DNA from: a candidate division Zixibacteria bacterium RBG_16_53_22
GTDB taxonomy: Bacteria > Zixibacteria > MSB-5A5 > UBA10806
Assembly (NCBI GenBank): GCA_001775395.1
Contig: MEWP01000130.1
Coordinates: 74,921-138,920 of the forward strand
Direction: 5' to 3'
Length of the DNA stretch: 64,000 nt
The position numbers and the translations under genes were made by a program. The notes beneath the pieces were generated by a model. The model searched no databases. It had not been told where the DNA came from and saw only the letters and a list, made by a program, of their open reading frames with translations. This document shows, piece by piece, positions 37,544 to 48,329 of this stretch. Positions within the stretch are counted from its first letter, which is position 1. Every line of letters starts with the position of its first letter.

Positions 37544-40500
37544 ATGTATTTATCCAATACCGCAATAAAACGTCCGGTTTTCGCCACCATGGTTATCCTG
37601 GCCCTGGTGGTACTCGGAATGGTGTCGTACAATCAGATGAATGTCGACCTGTTCCCGGATATCGAATTTCCGTTCGTAGTGGTCACGACCATTTACCCCG
37701 GCGCGGCCCCGGAGGCGGTGGCCACCGATGTTACTCAGAAAATAGAAGACGCCGTCAATCCTATCGCCGGAGTCAACCATATCACGTCGACCTCATTTGA
37801 GAGCGTTTCCCAGATATTCATAGAATTCACTCTGGAAACGAGAGCTCCAGAGGCGGCCCAGGAGGTCCGCGAAAAAGTCGCGGCTATCAGATCAGACCTA
37901 CCCCAGGATATTGAAACTCCCTTGATTCAGCGCTTCGACCCCGAGAGCAGACCGATAATATCGCTGGTCATGTCGGGCAACCGCTCGCAAAGGGAGTTGA
38001 CCACGATTGCCGACAAGGTTGTCAAACGGCAGTTGGAATCAATCGAGGGCGTGGGAGCAGTCGAGATTGTCGGCGGCAGCGAGCGTCAATTCCAGGTCCT
38101 GCTTGACCTGGATGCTATGAATGCACGGATGATAACCTTTCAGGATGTCTCCTCGGCCATTGCCGCATCAAATTTCGAGCTCCCCGCCGGCAGATTGGAC
38201 CGTCCGGGAAGCGAGATCCTCGTGCGCACCATGGGGCGTTTTTCCTCCATCGATGATATCAAGGATGTGGTCGTTAAGAATACCAATGGTAAGGTCATCA
38301 GGCTTGCCGACATTGCCGGCATCTACGACGGTATAAAAGACCAGCGCAGCCTATCGCGATATAACGGCGCCGAGGCTGTCACTCTGCAGATATCACGGCA
38401 ATCCGGGGCCAACACGGTCAAGGTCGCCGAATCAGTCAAGGAGGAGCTAAGCAGCATTCGCAAGCAACTCCCCGTCGGAGTCGGTGTCGATGTCGCCCAG
38501 GATAACTCGATCTGGATCGAAGACTCGCTGCTGGACGTGCAAATGACTATCCTCTACGGCGGCGCCCTGGCAATTTTGTGTATATTCCTTTTCCTGGCCA
38601 ATATCCCGGCTACGATTATCTCGGCCATCGCTATCCCCACCTCGATTATCTCGACCTTCATATTCATGAGGGCGTTGGGATTCACTCTCAACATCATGTC
38701 GCTTCTGGGGCTGTCGCTGGCGGTCGGGCTCCTGATCGATGATGCCATCGTGGTCATAGAGAATATCTACCGCCACATGGCTCATGGTGAGTCACCGATC
38801 GAGGCCGCCCGCAATGGGACATCCGAAATCGGCCTGGCGGTCATGGCGACTACCTTCTCGATAGTTGTGGTGTTTGTGCCGGTGGCATTCATGTCGGGTA
38901 TCGTGGGAAGGTTTTTCTACCAATTCGGACTGACCGTGGCCGTGGCGGTAATGGCATCGCTGTTCGTGGCATTCACGTTGACTCCGATGATGTCATCGCG
39001 CTTCTTAAGGCAGGAAAAGCACCTGTCAAAGGACACCCGAAATCCCATAAAGCTCGCTCTTTACTATTGGAATCACGCTTTTCAACTAATGGGTAATTAC
39101 TACCGGACGACTTTGGCCTGGGTATTGCGTCACCGTTTTATAACTCTGGTTGGAGCTTTCGCCGGATTTGCCATATCGATGTATCTGGCGCGGTTCCTGG
39201 GATTCGAATTCCTTCCACAACAAGACCAATCGCAATTCTATATCACATTCGAGGCCGCCGCCGGCTCTTCTCTTCAGCAGACTTCCGACCTGTCTTCGAA
39301 AATCGAGGATATCATCGCATCGCACGACGATGTCCTCAAGTATCAACTCCTCACTATCGGCGGCGAGTTGACTCCTGTTAATGAGGGATCAATATATGTC
39401 AAGATGCGCGATCGTGGCGATCGCGACGTCTCGGTTTTCGATTTTACACCGACCCTGCGAAAAGAGCTCGCAACTGTTCCCGGCTTAACCACCAGCGTCC
39501 AAATCGAGGAGAGCGAGGGTGGCGGCTCCAAGCCGGTCGAATATTCTATCCGGGGCCAGGATTACGAAAAGCTTACCTGGATTGCAGGCCAGATCGAGGC
39601 CGTTGTCAAGCAGGCCCCGGGCGCGGTCGAGGTCGAGAACAGCGAAAAACAAGCGCGTCCGGAATTGCGTATCGGCGTCGATCGCGAGCTGGCCGACGAC
39701 CTCGGGCTTAACCTTGCCCTGATCGGCGGCACTGTCAGGAGCCTCGTCGATGGCGCCGAGGTCAGCCGTTTCAAGGAAGGTGACGAGGAATACGAGATTA
39801 ATGTCCAGTTAGCTCCCGAGTATAGAGTCGACGAGGAGAACTTGAACAGCATTTATATACCCTCCTCCAAGAAGGTCAATGGCCAAGATATATTGGTCCC
39901 TTTGCGGCAGGTGGCGACTATTTACCAGTCCACCGCGCCAACCGAGATAAAGAGGTTTGACAGGCAACGCGAGATCAGGGTCGGCGCTAATATCGGCGCC
40001 GGACATGTCATGAGCGACATTCTGCAGTACACGGAAAGCCGACGATCGGAGATCGATCTGCCGCCGGGCTATACATTCACGCCTGTCGGCGAGGCGGAAA
40101 TACAGCAGGAGTCGTTCCAGAATATTTTCGCCGCCCTGTTCTTGGCGATCATCTTTATCTACATATTGCTGGCTTCTCAATTCGAATCGTTTGCCGATCC
40201 CTTCTCGATGGGTATGTCGCTGCTGATGGCGCCGGTTGGCGCCATCCTGGCTCTACTCATTTTCAATACCCCCAATTCGATCATGTCGATGATCGGCATC
40301 GTTCTCCTCATGGGGCTTGTGACCAAGAACGCCATATTACTGATAGATTTCATAAAACAGGCCCGGCGTCGCGGCATGGACCGCACCGAGGCGATCCTGC
40401 AGGCCGGCCCGATCCGCCTTCGCCCAATCATGATGACGACTCTGGCCATGATCTTCGCCATGCTGCCTCTGGCGTTCGCTTTCGGTCCTGGCGCCGAGCT

Positions 40501-40699
40501 GCGCGCTCCGATGGCGCAGGCGGTGATCGGTGGACTGATGTCATCAACGGCCCTGACTCTCATCATCGTGCCGATTGTTTATACCCTGCTCGATGACCTC
40601 GTGGCTTTCGTAACGGGCAAGAAAAGAAGGGCTAAACGGGCTCTGAAATACGGCCCCTCTGCAGGAACCAACGATAGGTCGCCTGCGGTTGAAGATTGA
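37544..40699 (+). CDS. RND family efflux transporter (AcrB/HAE1-like), 12 TM, two large periplasmic loops
   Basis: 1051 aa; N-terminus '[50 protein letters not shown]'; conserved '[11 protein letters not shown]' in TM4. Confidence 0.95.
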   Translation: MYLSNTAIKRPVFATMVILALVVLGMVSYNQMNVDLFPDIEFPFVVVTTIYPGAAPEAVATDVTQKIEDAVNPIAGVNHITSTSFESVSQIFIEFTLETRAPEAAQEVREKVAAIRSDLPQDIETPLIQRFDPESRPIISLVMSGNRSQRELTTIADKVVKRQLESIEGVGAVEIVGGSERQFQVLLDLDAMNARMITFQDVSSAIAASNFELPAGRLDRPGSEILVRTMGRFSSIDDIKDVVVKNTNGKVIRLADIAGIYDGIKDQRSLSRYNGAEAVTLQISRQSGANTVKVAESVKEELSSIRKQLPVGVGVDVAQDNSIWIEDSLLDVQMTILYGGALAILCIFLFLANIPATIISAIAIPTSIISTFIFMRALGFTLNIMSLLGLSLAVGLLIDDAIVVIENIYRHMAHGESPIEAARNGTSEIGLAVMATTFSIVVVFVPVAFMSGIVGRFFYQFGLTVAVAVMASLFVAFTLTPMMSSRFLRQEKHLSKDTRNPIKLALYYWNHAFQLMGNYYRTTLAWVLRHRFITLVGAFAGFAISMYLARFLGFEFLPQQDQSQFYITFEAAAGSSLQQTSDLSSKIEDIIASHDDVLKYQLLTIGGELTPVNEGSIYVKMRDRGDRDVSVFDFTPTLRKELATVPGLTTSVQIEESEGGGSKPVEYSIRGQDYEKLTWIAGQIEAVVKQAPGAVEVENSEKQARPELRIGVDRELADDLGLNLALIGGTVRSLVDGAEVSRFKEGDEEYEINVQLAPEYRVDEENLNSIYIPSSKKVNGQDILVPLRQVATIYQSTAPTEIKRFDRQREIRVGANIGAGHVMSDILQYTESRRSEIDLPPGYTFTPVGEAEIQQESFQNIFAALFLAIIFIYILLASQFESFADPFSMGMSLLMAPVGAILALLIFNTPNSIMSMIGIVLLMGLVTKNAILLIDFIKQARRRGMDRTEAILQAGPIRLRPIMMTTLAMIFAMLPLAFAFGPGAELRAPMAQAVIGGLMSSTALTLIIVPIVYTLLDDLVAFVTGKKRRAKRALKYGPSAGTNDRSPAVED

Positions 40700-42327
40700 T
40701 TATGCATGAGGTTGAATTCGATAAGATAACTGGCACGTCAAAGCTGTTCCTGGACTACATCAATTGCCGACAACCCGCCTGTCGTTACTTCGGATACGAT
40801 TTTACCGAAATCTCGGCGTACCGGACGGTAGCGGAACAAGTCACCCGCAAAAAATACGATCGCGAGAAGCTGGCCTCCATCATCACGGGGGCCGCTTCTC
40901 GTTTTTATATCTCTGAAAACGCCCGGAAAAATATCGAAAAGCTGAAGCAACCCGATTCCCTTTGCGTCTTCGCCGGCCAGCAAGCGGGGCTGCTGCTTGG
41001 CCCAATGTATACTGTCCTGAAAGCTCTGACCGCCTATAAGCTGGCCGAGTCGCTTGAAAAAGAGCTTGGACAGCCGGTGGTACCTTGTTTCTGGACAGCC
41101 TCCGATGACCACGATTTCGATGAGATCAAAACGGTTTCTTTTCTCAATCGAGATGGCGAATGTAAGAGCGCATCCTTCATCCCCGAGAGCAGTCATCCCG
41201 GCGCGCCGATGGCAGACATCGCGTTGGATGGCAATATCGACTTATTTCTATCTCAGGTCGATGAGAGCCTGACTCAGACCGAATTCACCTCCGACATAAA
41301 GAAACTCGTCCGCAATTCCTACAGGGCCGGCAGATCGATATCCGAGGCATTTATCGACCTGTTTAATCGGCTTCTTGGCGGATTCGGGATAGTCCCGGTC
41401 GACCCTAATTTCCCCGGCATGAAGGCCATGTTTAAGCCGATGTTTAGAAGGGAAATCGAGGACCACACTCGCATATTCGAGCTATTCAAATCGCGCTCGC
41501 GCGAGATTGTCTCTGACGGCTACCACAGACAGGTGCATAAATCCGCCGACACCCTGAACCTCTTCTATAATGACGGCCAGAGACGGAATATCATATTCGA
41601 TGGCGAGGGGTATCGGCCCGATGGGGCCGAGCCGCGCCTTTCGCAAGATGAATTGACTGGATTGCTCGAGAGGGAACCTGACAAATTCTCGGCCAACGTG
41701 ACACTCAGGCCGATTGCTCAAAACTTCGCCTTCCCGACAATCGCCCAAATTGCGGGGCCATCGGAAGCCGCATACTTCGCTCAGATACAGCCGCTGTTCG
41801 AATTTCATGAAGTACCCTGGCCGGTTGTCAGGCCGAGAATTTTCGCCTCCCTGCTCGAGCCTCACATCGCCAAAATAATGGCAAAGCTGGGGATTGAATT
41901 CGCCGGCCTGGCCAACGACCTCGAGTTCGAAGTGGGCCGCGTGATTGGAAAGAATTTCCCGGCCGAGATCCAGCAGCAGGCCGATGCCCTGCGCACGAAG
42001 ATGGAAGAGCCACTCGCGAAGCTGGCCGAGGAAGTAAAAAAGACTGACCTGGAGAGTTATCAGGCAATAGACCACACGCGGCGGCGTATCGACCATGAGT
42101 TGAATCACCTCTCGAAAAAGTTATTTATGGCTCATAAGAAGAAACATGAGGACGCCAGGAAAAGAATTTATAAAGTGGCCGCCTTTCTTCTGCCCGGCGG
42201 CAAATTTCAGGAGAGGGTTCTCTCGCCCGTTTATTTCGCGAATAAATTCGGGCCTGACCTGTTAAAAGGGATCGAGGCAAAATTGCAGCTCGATTCCCGG
42301 GCGCACCAATTGGTGGAGATAGCCTGA
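40696..42327 (+). CDS. bshC: Bacillithiol biosynthesis cysteine-adding enzyme BshC
   Basis: 543 aa; 'KLKQPDSLCVFAGQQAGLLLGPMYTVLKALTAYKLAESLEKELGQPVVPCFWTASDDHDFDEI' closely matches Bacillus BshC (YllA) 'KLKDPSSAAVVGGQQAGLLTGPLYTIHK...KELQVPVIPIFWVAGEDHDLDEI'; 4-nt overlap with RND gene. Confidence 0.85.
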   Translation: MIMHEVEFDKITGTSKLFLDYINCRQPACRYFGYDFTEISAYRTVAEQVTRKKYDREKLASIITGAASRFYISENARKNIEKLKQPDSLCVFAGQQAGLLLGPMYTVLKALTAYKLAESLEKELGQPVVPCFWTASDDHDFDEIKTVSFLNRDGECKSASFIPESSHPGAPMADIALDGNIDLFLSQVDESLTQTEFTSDIKKLVRNSYRAGRSISEAFIDLFNRLLGGFGIVPVDPNFPGMKAMFKPMFRREIEDHTRIFELFKSRSREIVSDGYHRQVHKSADTLNLFYNDGQRRNIIFDGEGYRPDGAEPRLSQDELTGLLEREPDKFSANVTLRPIAQNFAFPTIAQIAGPSEAAYFAQIQPLFEFHEVPWPVVRPRIFASLLEPHIAKIMAKLGIEFAGLANDLEFEVGRVIGKNFPAEIQQQADALRTKMEEPLAKLAEEVKKTDLESYQAIDHTRRRIDHELNHLSKKLFMAHKKKHEDARKRIYKVAAFLLPGGKFQERVLSPVYFANKFGPDLLKGIEAKLQLDSRAHQLVEIA

Positions 42328-43451
42328 TGAAGATCGGCATTGTCTGTTATCCGGTCAAGGGCGGTTCCGGCGTGGTGGCCTCCGAGCTTGGATTGGCACT
42401 GTCGGCCATTGGTGTGGAGGTGCATTTCTTTTCGTATGCCTTGCCGTTCCGCCTCACCGGCTTCGACGAGAAATTCATCTTTCATCAGGTCGAGGTCTCC
42501 GATTACCCCCTCTTTCAGCATTCCCCGTACACTCTAACCCTGGCCACCAGGCTTGCGGACGAGTCGCGGCGCGTCGGGCTCGACATAATTCACGCCCATT
42601 ACGCCATTCCGCACGCCGTCAGCGGCTATATCGCTAAACAGATTCTTGGAGGCAGGCTGCCCAAACTTATCACGACATTACACGGCACAGATATAACTCT
42701 GGTTGGGCTTGATCCTTCCTTTTTTGCCGTCACGAAATTCTCCATGGAGGTCAGCGACGCGCTGACTACGGTAAGCAGATATATTTACGATAAGACCTAT
42801 GAGTCATTCGGCATCACCAAACCTATCAAGGTCATTCACAACTTTGTGGACAACGAACGTTTTAAGCCAAGCCAGAAAGGGTGCGATCGTTCGATTTTTG
42901 CCCGGCCGGATGAGAAGATAATCATGCATATGTCGAATTACAGGCCGGTCAAGAATGCCACTGACGTCGTCCGCGTTTTCAAGATGATAAACGATCAGAT
43001 ATCATCACGGTTAGTTCTCATCGGCGACGGCCCCGACGCGCCAAATGTGCTTCGGTTGGCCGACAAGCTCGGCCTCAAGGATCGCACGCTATTTCTCGGC
43101 GGACAGGATACTGTTGAAACCATACTCTGCAAGGCGGACCTGTTCTTGTTGCCGTCGGCCTCCGAGGCGTTCGGCCTGGCGGCCCTGGAGGCGCTGGCCT
43201 CGGGCGTGCCGGTCGTTGGTTCCATCGTTGGAGGGCTGCCCGAGCTGGTGAAGGATGGAGAGGTCGGTTACCTGGCGCCAATTGCCGATGTTGAGACCAT
43301 GGCCAGCCGTTCTCTGGAGATACTATCGAACCCCGACCTGCATCGCAAGATGGCTGAAAATGCCAGAAAACTGACAGTCGAAAAATTCGATACCAAAGCA
43401 GTGGTGAAGCAGTATTATGATTTTTATGAAGAGGTGCTGGCGAGAGATTAA
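42327..43451 (+). CDS. bshA: BshA, N-acetyl-alpha-D-glucosaminyl L-malate synthase (GT4 glycosyltransferase)
   Basis: 'MKIGIVCYPVKGGSGVVASELGLALSAIGVEVHFFSYALPFRL...DIIHAHYAIPHAVSGYIAKQ...TTLHGTDITLVGLDPS' near-colinear with B. subtilis BshA; 1-nt overlap with bshC. Confidence 0.9.
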   Translation: MKIGIVCYPVKGGSGVVASELGLALSAIGVEVHFFSYALPFRLTGFDEKFIFHQVEVSDYPLFQHSPYTLTLATRLADESRRVGLDIIHAHYAIPHAVSGYIAKQILGGRLPKLITTLHGTDITLVGLDPSFFAVTKFSMEVSDALTTVSRYIYDKTYESFGITKPIKVIHNFVDNERFKPSQKGCDRSIFARPDEKIIMHMSNYRPVKNATDVVRVFKMINDQISSRLVLIGDGPDAPNVLRLADKLGLKDRTLFLGGQDTVETILCKADLFLLPSASEAFGLAALEALASGVPVVGSIVGGLPELVKDGEVGYLAPIADVETMASRSLEILSNPDLHRKMAENARKLTVEKFDTKAVVKQYYDFYEEVLARD

Positions 43452-43484
43452 AGCGGCGGCCGGAATGAATCAGGGCTTTTCTCA

Positions 43485-44300
43485 TTGACAGTCGCTGGAT
43501 GTTATTTGAAAGATAGCGTTCCATTAAACATGACCGAATTCTCAAGCGATCAGCTCGAAAACCCAAGAAATGATATGAAACTCGAACACATCAAACTGCA
43601 TGTCCTGGCCATCGCCGCTCACAGGGATGATACCGAGATCACATGCGGCGGAACTATCATTAAACTGGTCGATCTCGGCTATTCGGTCGGTATTCTGGAT
43701 CTGACCGCCGGCGAATCCGGCAGCCGCGGAAATGCCGACACGAGAGCCGATGAGGCCAGGTGCGCCTCTGGAATCATGGGTTTGAAATTCCGCCATAACC
43801 TGGAATTGCCCGACGCCGGCCTTTTCCTGACACAGGAGAATGCCCTTAAGATCGCCGAGGTTGTCAGGCAGACAACTCCCGAGCTTGTCATCCTGCCCTA
43901 CTGGAAACAACGCCATCCCGATCACGCTACCGCCTCCGACCTGGGCTACCGGGGATGTTTTCTCGCGGGGCTTTCGAAAATGCCGATTCCGGGGGACGCA
44001 TATCGGCCCAGGAAGATAATTTACACGACCTCTTTCCATGATATCGAGCATAATTTTGTGGTGGACATCACAAGCCAGTTCGAGCGCAAGTGCCGGGCCG
44101 TGGCCTGTTATAAGACTCAATTCGAGGAACGTCCGGATGTCCGCGAGGTCTACCCGCCCGCCAGAAATATATTTGACTATATGGAAATCAGGGCTCGCCA
44201 GTATGGCTACATGATCGGTGTCAAATACGCGGAGTGTTTTGTCCAGAAGGAGAAACTCGCTGTCGATGATCCCTTGAAATTACCGGGCAAATCGATATGA
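43485..44300 (+). CDS. bshB: BshB-type PIG-L/LmbE family deacetylase (N-acetylglucosaminyl-malate deacetylase)
   Basis: 'HVLAIAAHRDDTEITCGGTIIKLVDLGYSVGILDLTAGESGSRG' (AHPDDE-like metal site), 'RHPDHATAS'; follows bshA. Confidence 0.85.
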   Translation: MTVAGCYLKDSVPLNMTEFSSDQLENPRNDMKLEHIKLHVLAIAAHRDDTEITCGGTIIKLVDLGYSVGILDLTAGESGSRGNADTRADEARCASGIMGLKFRHNLELPDAGLFLTQENALKIAEVVRQTTPELVILPYWKQRHPDHATASDLGYRGCFLAGLSKMPIPGDAYRPRKIIYTTSFHDIEHNFVVDITSQFERKCRAVACYKTQFEERPDVREVYPPARNIFDYMEIRARQYGYMIGVKYAECFVQKEKLAVDDPLKLPGKSI

Positions 44301-44405
44301 ACCAGTTTTGGGACGCTATCGCGAGCGTGGAAAATTGCCGGTCAACCGTGCCAGGCTGCCATCGCGGCCTCAAGTGGAACAAGAGCCAGGACTCGTTTAT
44401 CCGCT

Positions 44406-45689
44406 CTAAATTAGCGAATGAACAATCTCCCCGCCCACTATTGTCATAACCGCCCTGCCGGTGAGCTTGCGGCCGATAAAGGGTGAGTTTTTCGAAAGCG
44501 ACCGGAAATCGTCCTTACTTACGACCCATTCCAGAGTGGGATCGATGACAGTGAAGTCGGCCGGCGCGCCGACTTCGAACGTGCCGCCGGGCAGATTGAG
44601 GATACGGGCCGGGTTGACCGTCATTTTGGCCACTGCCTCCGGCCACGATAGAATCCGCTTCTTAATCAACTCTGTCACTACAAGGCCTATCGCTGTTTCC
44701 AGGCCGATCATTCCGCAAGGCGCATAATCGAACTCCATCTCTTTCTCTTCGATAGAGTGCGGGGCGTGGTCGGTGGCGATAACATCGATGATGCCCTCTT
44801 TCAGGCCTTTCTTAATGGCGTCGACATCTTTCCTGGTCCGCAAAGGCGGATTGACCTTGAGGTTGGTATTGAATGATCTTATCAGCTCGTCGGTCAATGT
44901 GAAGTGATGCGGCGTGGCCTCAGCCGTTACTCTTACCCTGGCCCGTTTTGCCCGCCGAATCAGCTCCACAGATCCGCATGTCGAGACATGCGCGATATGT
45001 ACTCGTCCGCCGGTGTATTCGGCCAGCATTATATCGCGGGCGACCATCAGCTCCTCGGCGATTGGCGGAATACCTTTCATGCCCAGCACAGTCGAGGTAA
45101 AACTCTCGTTCATCACGCCGCCCGAGGCCAAATCGGAGTACTCGCAATGCGAGATTATCGGCAAATCGATGGCGCGGAGATATTCCAGCGCGCGGCGCAT
45201 GAGGTGGCCGTTCTGCAGCCCGCTGCCGTCATCCGAGAAAGCCACGGCGCCCGTATCCGCCATCTCCAGCATCGGGGCCAGCGTCTCCCCCTTCCGCCCG
45301 ACTGTGATCGCGCCCACCGGGTATACCCGGGCCCTGGCCGCCCGAGCACGCTCGATTACAAATTTTATCCCTTCAGCGCTGTCGAGCGCTGGTTCGGTAT
45401 TGGGCATACAGGCTACGGCGGTGAATCCACCGGCGACCGCGGCCTCAGCGCCCGATTGAATCGTCTCCTCGTCCTCCCTGCCGGGCTCGCGCAGGTGGAC
45501 GTGCATATCGATAAAACCCGGGCAGAGGTAGAGGCCTTTGAGGTTCATGGCGCCTTTTGCAGAGGCCCTTTTCTTCTTCTTATCCACCCTGAAAATCTTA
45601 TGGTCGGCGATATGTATATCAGCCGGACCAAAATACCCGGTCACCGGATCGACAATCTTCGCGCCTGTCAGTACCATCTCATTATTCAT
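44406..45689 (-). CDS. pyrC: Dihydroorotase (multifunctional-type); start moved to internal ATG 45689 (MNNEMVL..., GGGAGG SD), giving 8-nt ATGAATAA overlap with pyrB stop
   Basis: 'GFIDMHVHLREPGREDEETIQSG', 'ATDHAPHS'; track ORF extends to 45770 but overlaps pyrB by 89 nt. Confidence 0.9.
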   Translation of the reverse strand: MNNEMVLTGAKIVDPVTGYFGPADIHIADHKIFRVDKKKKRASAKGAMNLKGLYLCPGFIDMHVHLREPGREDEETIQSGAEAAVAGGFTAVACMPNTEPALDSAEGIKFVIERARAARARVYPVGAITVGRKGETLAPMLEMADTGAVAFSDDGSGLQNGHLMRRALEYLRAIDLPIISHCEYSDLASGGVMNESFTSTVLGMKGIPPIAEELMVARDIMLAEYTGGRVHIAHVSTCGSVELIRRAKRARVRVTAEATPHHFTLTDELIRSFNTNLKVNPPLRTRKDVDAIKKGLKEGIIDVIATDHAPHSIEEKEMEFDYAPCGMIGLETAIGLVVTELIKKRILSWPEAVAKMTVNPARILNLPGGTFEVGAPADFTVIDPTLEWVVSKDDFRSLSKNSPFIGRKLTGRAVMTIVGGEIVHSLI

Positions 45690-46638
45690 CGACTTTGCCT
45701 CCCGTGGTCGGGTCTTTTCGACTTCCGCCTGACAACAGGTAAAGCACCGCCATCCTGATCGCCACGCCATTGGTGACCTGCGGCAGAATCACCGAATATG
45801 TCCCCTCGGCCACCTCCGATGATATCTCCACGCCGCGATTCATCGGGCCGGGATGCATGATGGTGAAATTCTCATTGAGCTTTCCGAGCCGCTCCTTCGT
45901 GATCCCCCAATAGCGGCTGTATTCGCGAAGCGACGGCAGGAGGCCCGACTGCTGCCTTTCGCGCTGGAGGCGAAGGACATTGACGATATCAACGCCATCC
46001 AAAGCCTCATCGAGATCGTCAAAAACCTTGATCCCGAATTTCTCCATCTCGACCGGAAGCAATGTTGGCGGGCCGCAGACGCTGACCTTGGCCCCGAGTG
46101 TCAAAAGGCCCCAGATATTGGAGCGGGCCACGCGGGAATGCTTGATATCGCCGACAATCACGACTTTGAGCCCGTCGATTTTGCCGTACTTCTCCCGCAT
46201 GGTGAAAATGTCCAGCAGCCCTTGCGTCGGATGCTCATGAGCGCCATCGCCGGCGTTGATAACGATCGACTGGCAGCATGTTGTCAGGTAATGTGGCGAG
46301 CCCGCCGCCGAATGGCGTATTACCACCATGTCAATCTTCATAGCTTCGATATTTTGAAGCGTGTCTTTCAGGGTCTCCCCTTTTGAAACCGAGGAACCCG
46401 AGGCCGAAAAATTCACGGTGTCGGCCGAAAGCCTCTTTTCGGCCAGCTCGAACGATATCCGTGTCCGGGTCGATGGCTCATAGAAGAGATTGACTATGGT
46501 CATGCCTCGAAGGGTGGGCACCTTGGGGATTCTGCGCGACAGGACTTCTTTGAATGAAATGGCGGTATCTAAAATGAGATTTATGTCTTCGGCGGGCATG
46601 CCCTCCAGGCCAAGCAAATGGCGTGAGCGCAAGCTCAT
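45682..46638 (-). CDS. pyrB: Aspartate carbamoyltransferase catalytic subunit
   Basis: '[22 protein letters not shown]', 'HPTQGLLD', '[11 protein letters not shown]'. Confidence 0.95.
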   Translation of the reverse strand: MSLRSRHLLGLEGMPAEDINLILDTAISFKEVLSRRIPKVPTLRGMTIVNLFYEPSTRTRISFELAEKRLSADTVNFSASGSSVSKGETLKDTLQNIEAMKIDMVVIRHSAAGSPHYLTTCCQSIVINAGDGAHEHPTQGLLDIFTMREKYGKIDGLKVVIVGDIKHSRVARSNIWGLLTLGAKVSVCGPPTLLPVEMEKFGIKVFDDLDEALDGVDIVNVLRLQRERQQSGLLPSLREYSRYWGITKERLGKLNENFTIMHPGPMNRGVEISSEVAEGTYSVILPQVTNGVAIRMAVLYLLSGGSRKDPTTGGKVDE

Positions 46639-47192
46639 ACGCCTCCCCTTCCGCTTCGGTCGATTATGACCTCATCGACTCCGTCCTGCTCGATGAGATG
46701 GACCTCCACCCTCTCGTTGCGCGAGGTCGGCACGACTTTTCCGATGAAGTCGGGCCCGATCGGGAGTTCGCGATGTCCGCGGTCGATCAGCACCGCCAGT
46801 TGTATGGCGCGCGGACGCCCGAAATCGATGATCGCATCGAGGGCGGCCCTGATTGTGCGGCCGGTGTAAATGACATCATCGACTAACACCACAACTTTGT
46901 CGACGATATCGAAGAGAAGGTCGGTCTTCTGCACGACCGGCTGATCGAGCTTGTCCTGGACATCGTCGCGGTAAAGCGTGATATCGATAACGCCTACCGG
47001 CAGGGCGACCTTGCCGATCTTGCTTAGGTTCTCCGCCAACCGCTCGGCCAGGATCGCGCCGCGCGTGCGGATTCCGATGATGACGATATTATCGGTTCCT
47101 TTATTGCGCTCGATGATCTCATGCGATATGCGAGTCAATGCCAAGGCGATCGATTTCTCATTCATAATTCTCACGGTTGTATCTTTTGGCAT
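46635..47192 (-). CDS. pyrR: PyrR bifunctional pyrimidine operon regulator / uracil phosphoribosyltransferase
   Basis: 185 aa; PRTase motif '[21 protein letters not shown]'; precedes pyrB with 4-nt overlap. Confidence 0.9.
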   Translation of the reverse strand: MPKDTTVRIMNEKSIALALTRISHEIIERNKGTDNIVIIGIRTRGAILAERLAENLSKIGKVALPVGVIDITLYRDDVQDKLDQPVVQKTDLLFDIVDKVVVLVDDVIYTGRTIRAALDAIIDFGRPRAIQLAVLIDRGHRELPIGPDFIGKVVPTSRNERVEVHLIEQDGVDEVIIDRSGRGGV

Positions 47193-47231
47193 GTATCCTC
47201 CAGTCTGATCCCCTGTTCGGTCGCGCCCGTT

Positions 47232-47258
47232 ATAAAAAAGCCGCCGGCGGGGGCGGAC
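47232..47258 (-). terminator. Intrinsic terminator / possible pyr leader attenuator hairpin on minus strand (RNA: GUCCGCC-CCCGCC-GGCGGC followed by UUUUUUAU) in dtxR-pyrR intergenic region
   Basis: GC-rich palindrome 47240-47258 with A6 (minus-strand U6) at 47234-47239, about 40 nt upstream of pyrR ATG; no recognisable PyrR binding loop (ARUCCNGNGAGGYU) found, so attenuator role unproven. Confidence 0.45.
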
Positions 47259-47485
47259 TTTCTCGTTTAATGGCGATTCGGCTTCATCTTCAATACGAAT
47301 TTTCTATGCTTCGAACTTAGGATAAATAAGCGGAAAGCAAACGAATGTCAAGGAAAAATGAAATAGGAACCCTGGGGAATTTTCCCTCAAAAAGCTGGGA
47401 ATAGGAGTTTATATTCGTCTTTGCATCCAAGGAGCCCGCATGCCGGGGGCGACCCCGAGATAAGCGCCATCGCAGGGAAGTCGAG

Positions 47486-48145
47486 CTATTCCATTTTCCG
47501 CACAAATATCTCGCTGGCAATCTGCTCATCGATTGCCACCTCCGTGGCGCCAAGGCGAAGCAGAAACGAGGGCCGCTTCTGATGCAGGAAAATCCTGCCG
47601 CCCGGGACCACGCCGAGATTGACCAGGCGGCTGAGCCGCTGATGGTATGGCGTTGTTATGAAAACTATTCGGGCATTTGAGCCAACCGGGAGATCTTTGA
47701 GCGGTATCACAATCGGCGCTACCTCACGTCGCGACTCGCGGCAGCATTCGCCCGGCGGGATACGCTTGCCGTGCGGGCAGGTCGGCGGATGGCCAAGCAT
47801 TGTACACACCGATTCCGTGACTGCGGGGTCCAGGACGTGCTCGAATGAACAACTGGTCGAATGCAGGCCATTGTCGTTCAAATCGAGAATCTCGGAGAAA
47901 AGCCGCTCGGCCAGCCGATGGCGCCGCACCAGCAACTCGGCTATGGCATTTCCTTCGGGGGTGAGCTCCACCTTGCCATTATGATAGTTCAGAAGGTGGC
48001 GCTCGATGAAAGTATTCATCTCGGTCTTGGTGGGGATCGTGGCCAATGGCAGGCTCGATGGCTCTATCGGGGTCCGGCCATCCTCACGAGCCTTATATAA
48101 GGCCTCCAGCAACTCCTCCAGCGCATGTTCCCTATGGTCTTCCAC
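47486..48145 (-). CDS. DtxR/MntR-family metal-dependent transcriptional repressor with C-terminal FeoA/SH3-like domain; start uncertain (track start 48307 overlaps upstream small ORF; GTG at 48145 proposed)
   Basis: 'LEELLEALYKAREDG...IATIP..', 'LTPEGNAIAELLVRRHRLAERLFSEIL' (DtxR dimerisation/HRLxExFL motif), C-terminal 'IVIPLKDLPVGSNARIVFI...LGVVPGGRIFLHQKRPSFLLRLGATEVAIDEQIASEIFV' FeoA-like. Confidence 0.65.
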   Translation of the reverse strand: MEDHREHALEELLEALYKAREDGRTPIEPSSLPLATIPTKTEMNTFIERHLLNYHNGKVELTPEGNAIAELLVRRHRLAERLFSEILDLNDNGLHSTSCSFEHVLDPAVTESVCTMLGHPPTCPHGKRIPPGECCRESRREVAPIVIPLKDLPVGSNARIVFITTPYHQRLSRLVNLGVVPGGRIFLHQKRPSFLLRLGATEVAIDEQIASEIFVRKME

Positions 48146-48329
48146 GGGACGCCCCCTTTCGGGTGAATCTAATGAATTTGTCCACAAGCGAGGTCTTCTC
48201 CACCCAGGAGTAATGGCAATTGGGGCAGCAAATCTTGTCGCAATTGCGGCCGATTGGGCAACTCGAGCAAAGGCCCCTGGCGCTCTTGGTGTCAAATCGG
48301 TAACCACAAAGCTGGCACTTGGCTACCAT
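48132..48329 (-). CDS. Small Cys-rich protein with FeoC-like cysteine cluster ('GLCSSCPIGRNC' cf. E. coli FeoC 'GSCKSCPEGKAC'), start codon overlapping feoB stop (ATATGGTAG)
   Basis: 65 aa, 9 Cys in CxxC/CSSCP/CCPNC arrangement; translational-coupling geometry with feoB. Confidence 0.5.
   Translation of the reverse strand: MVAKCQLCGYRFDTKSARGLCSSCPIGRNCDKICCPNCHYSWVEKTSLVDKFIRFTRKGASRGRP

Noticed and set aside
41482-42108. 208-aa minus-strand ORF
   Set aside because: Antisense to bshC, which matches the Bacillus BshC sequence closely.
44904-46386. Plus-strand ORFs (284 aa, 181 aa, 177 aa) across pyrC/pyrB
   Set aside because: Antisense to unambiguous pyrC and pyrB genes on the minus strand.
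47193-47320. PyrR RNA-binding loop (ARUCCNGNGAGGYU) in pyrR leader
   Set aside because: Searched the minus-strand leader by eye; 'AUCAGACUGGAGGAU' near the SD is the closest but does not fit the consensus; only the terminator hairpin is reported.
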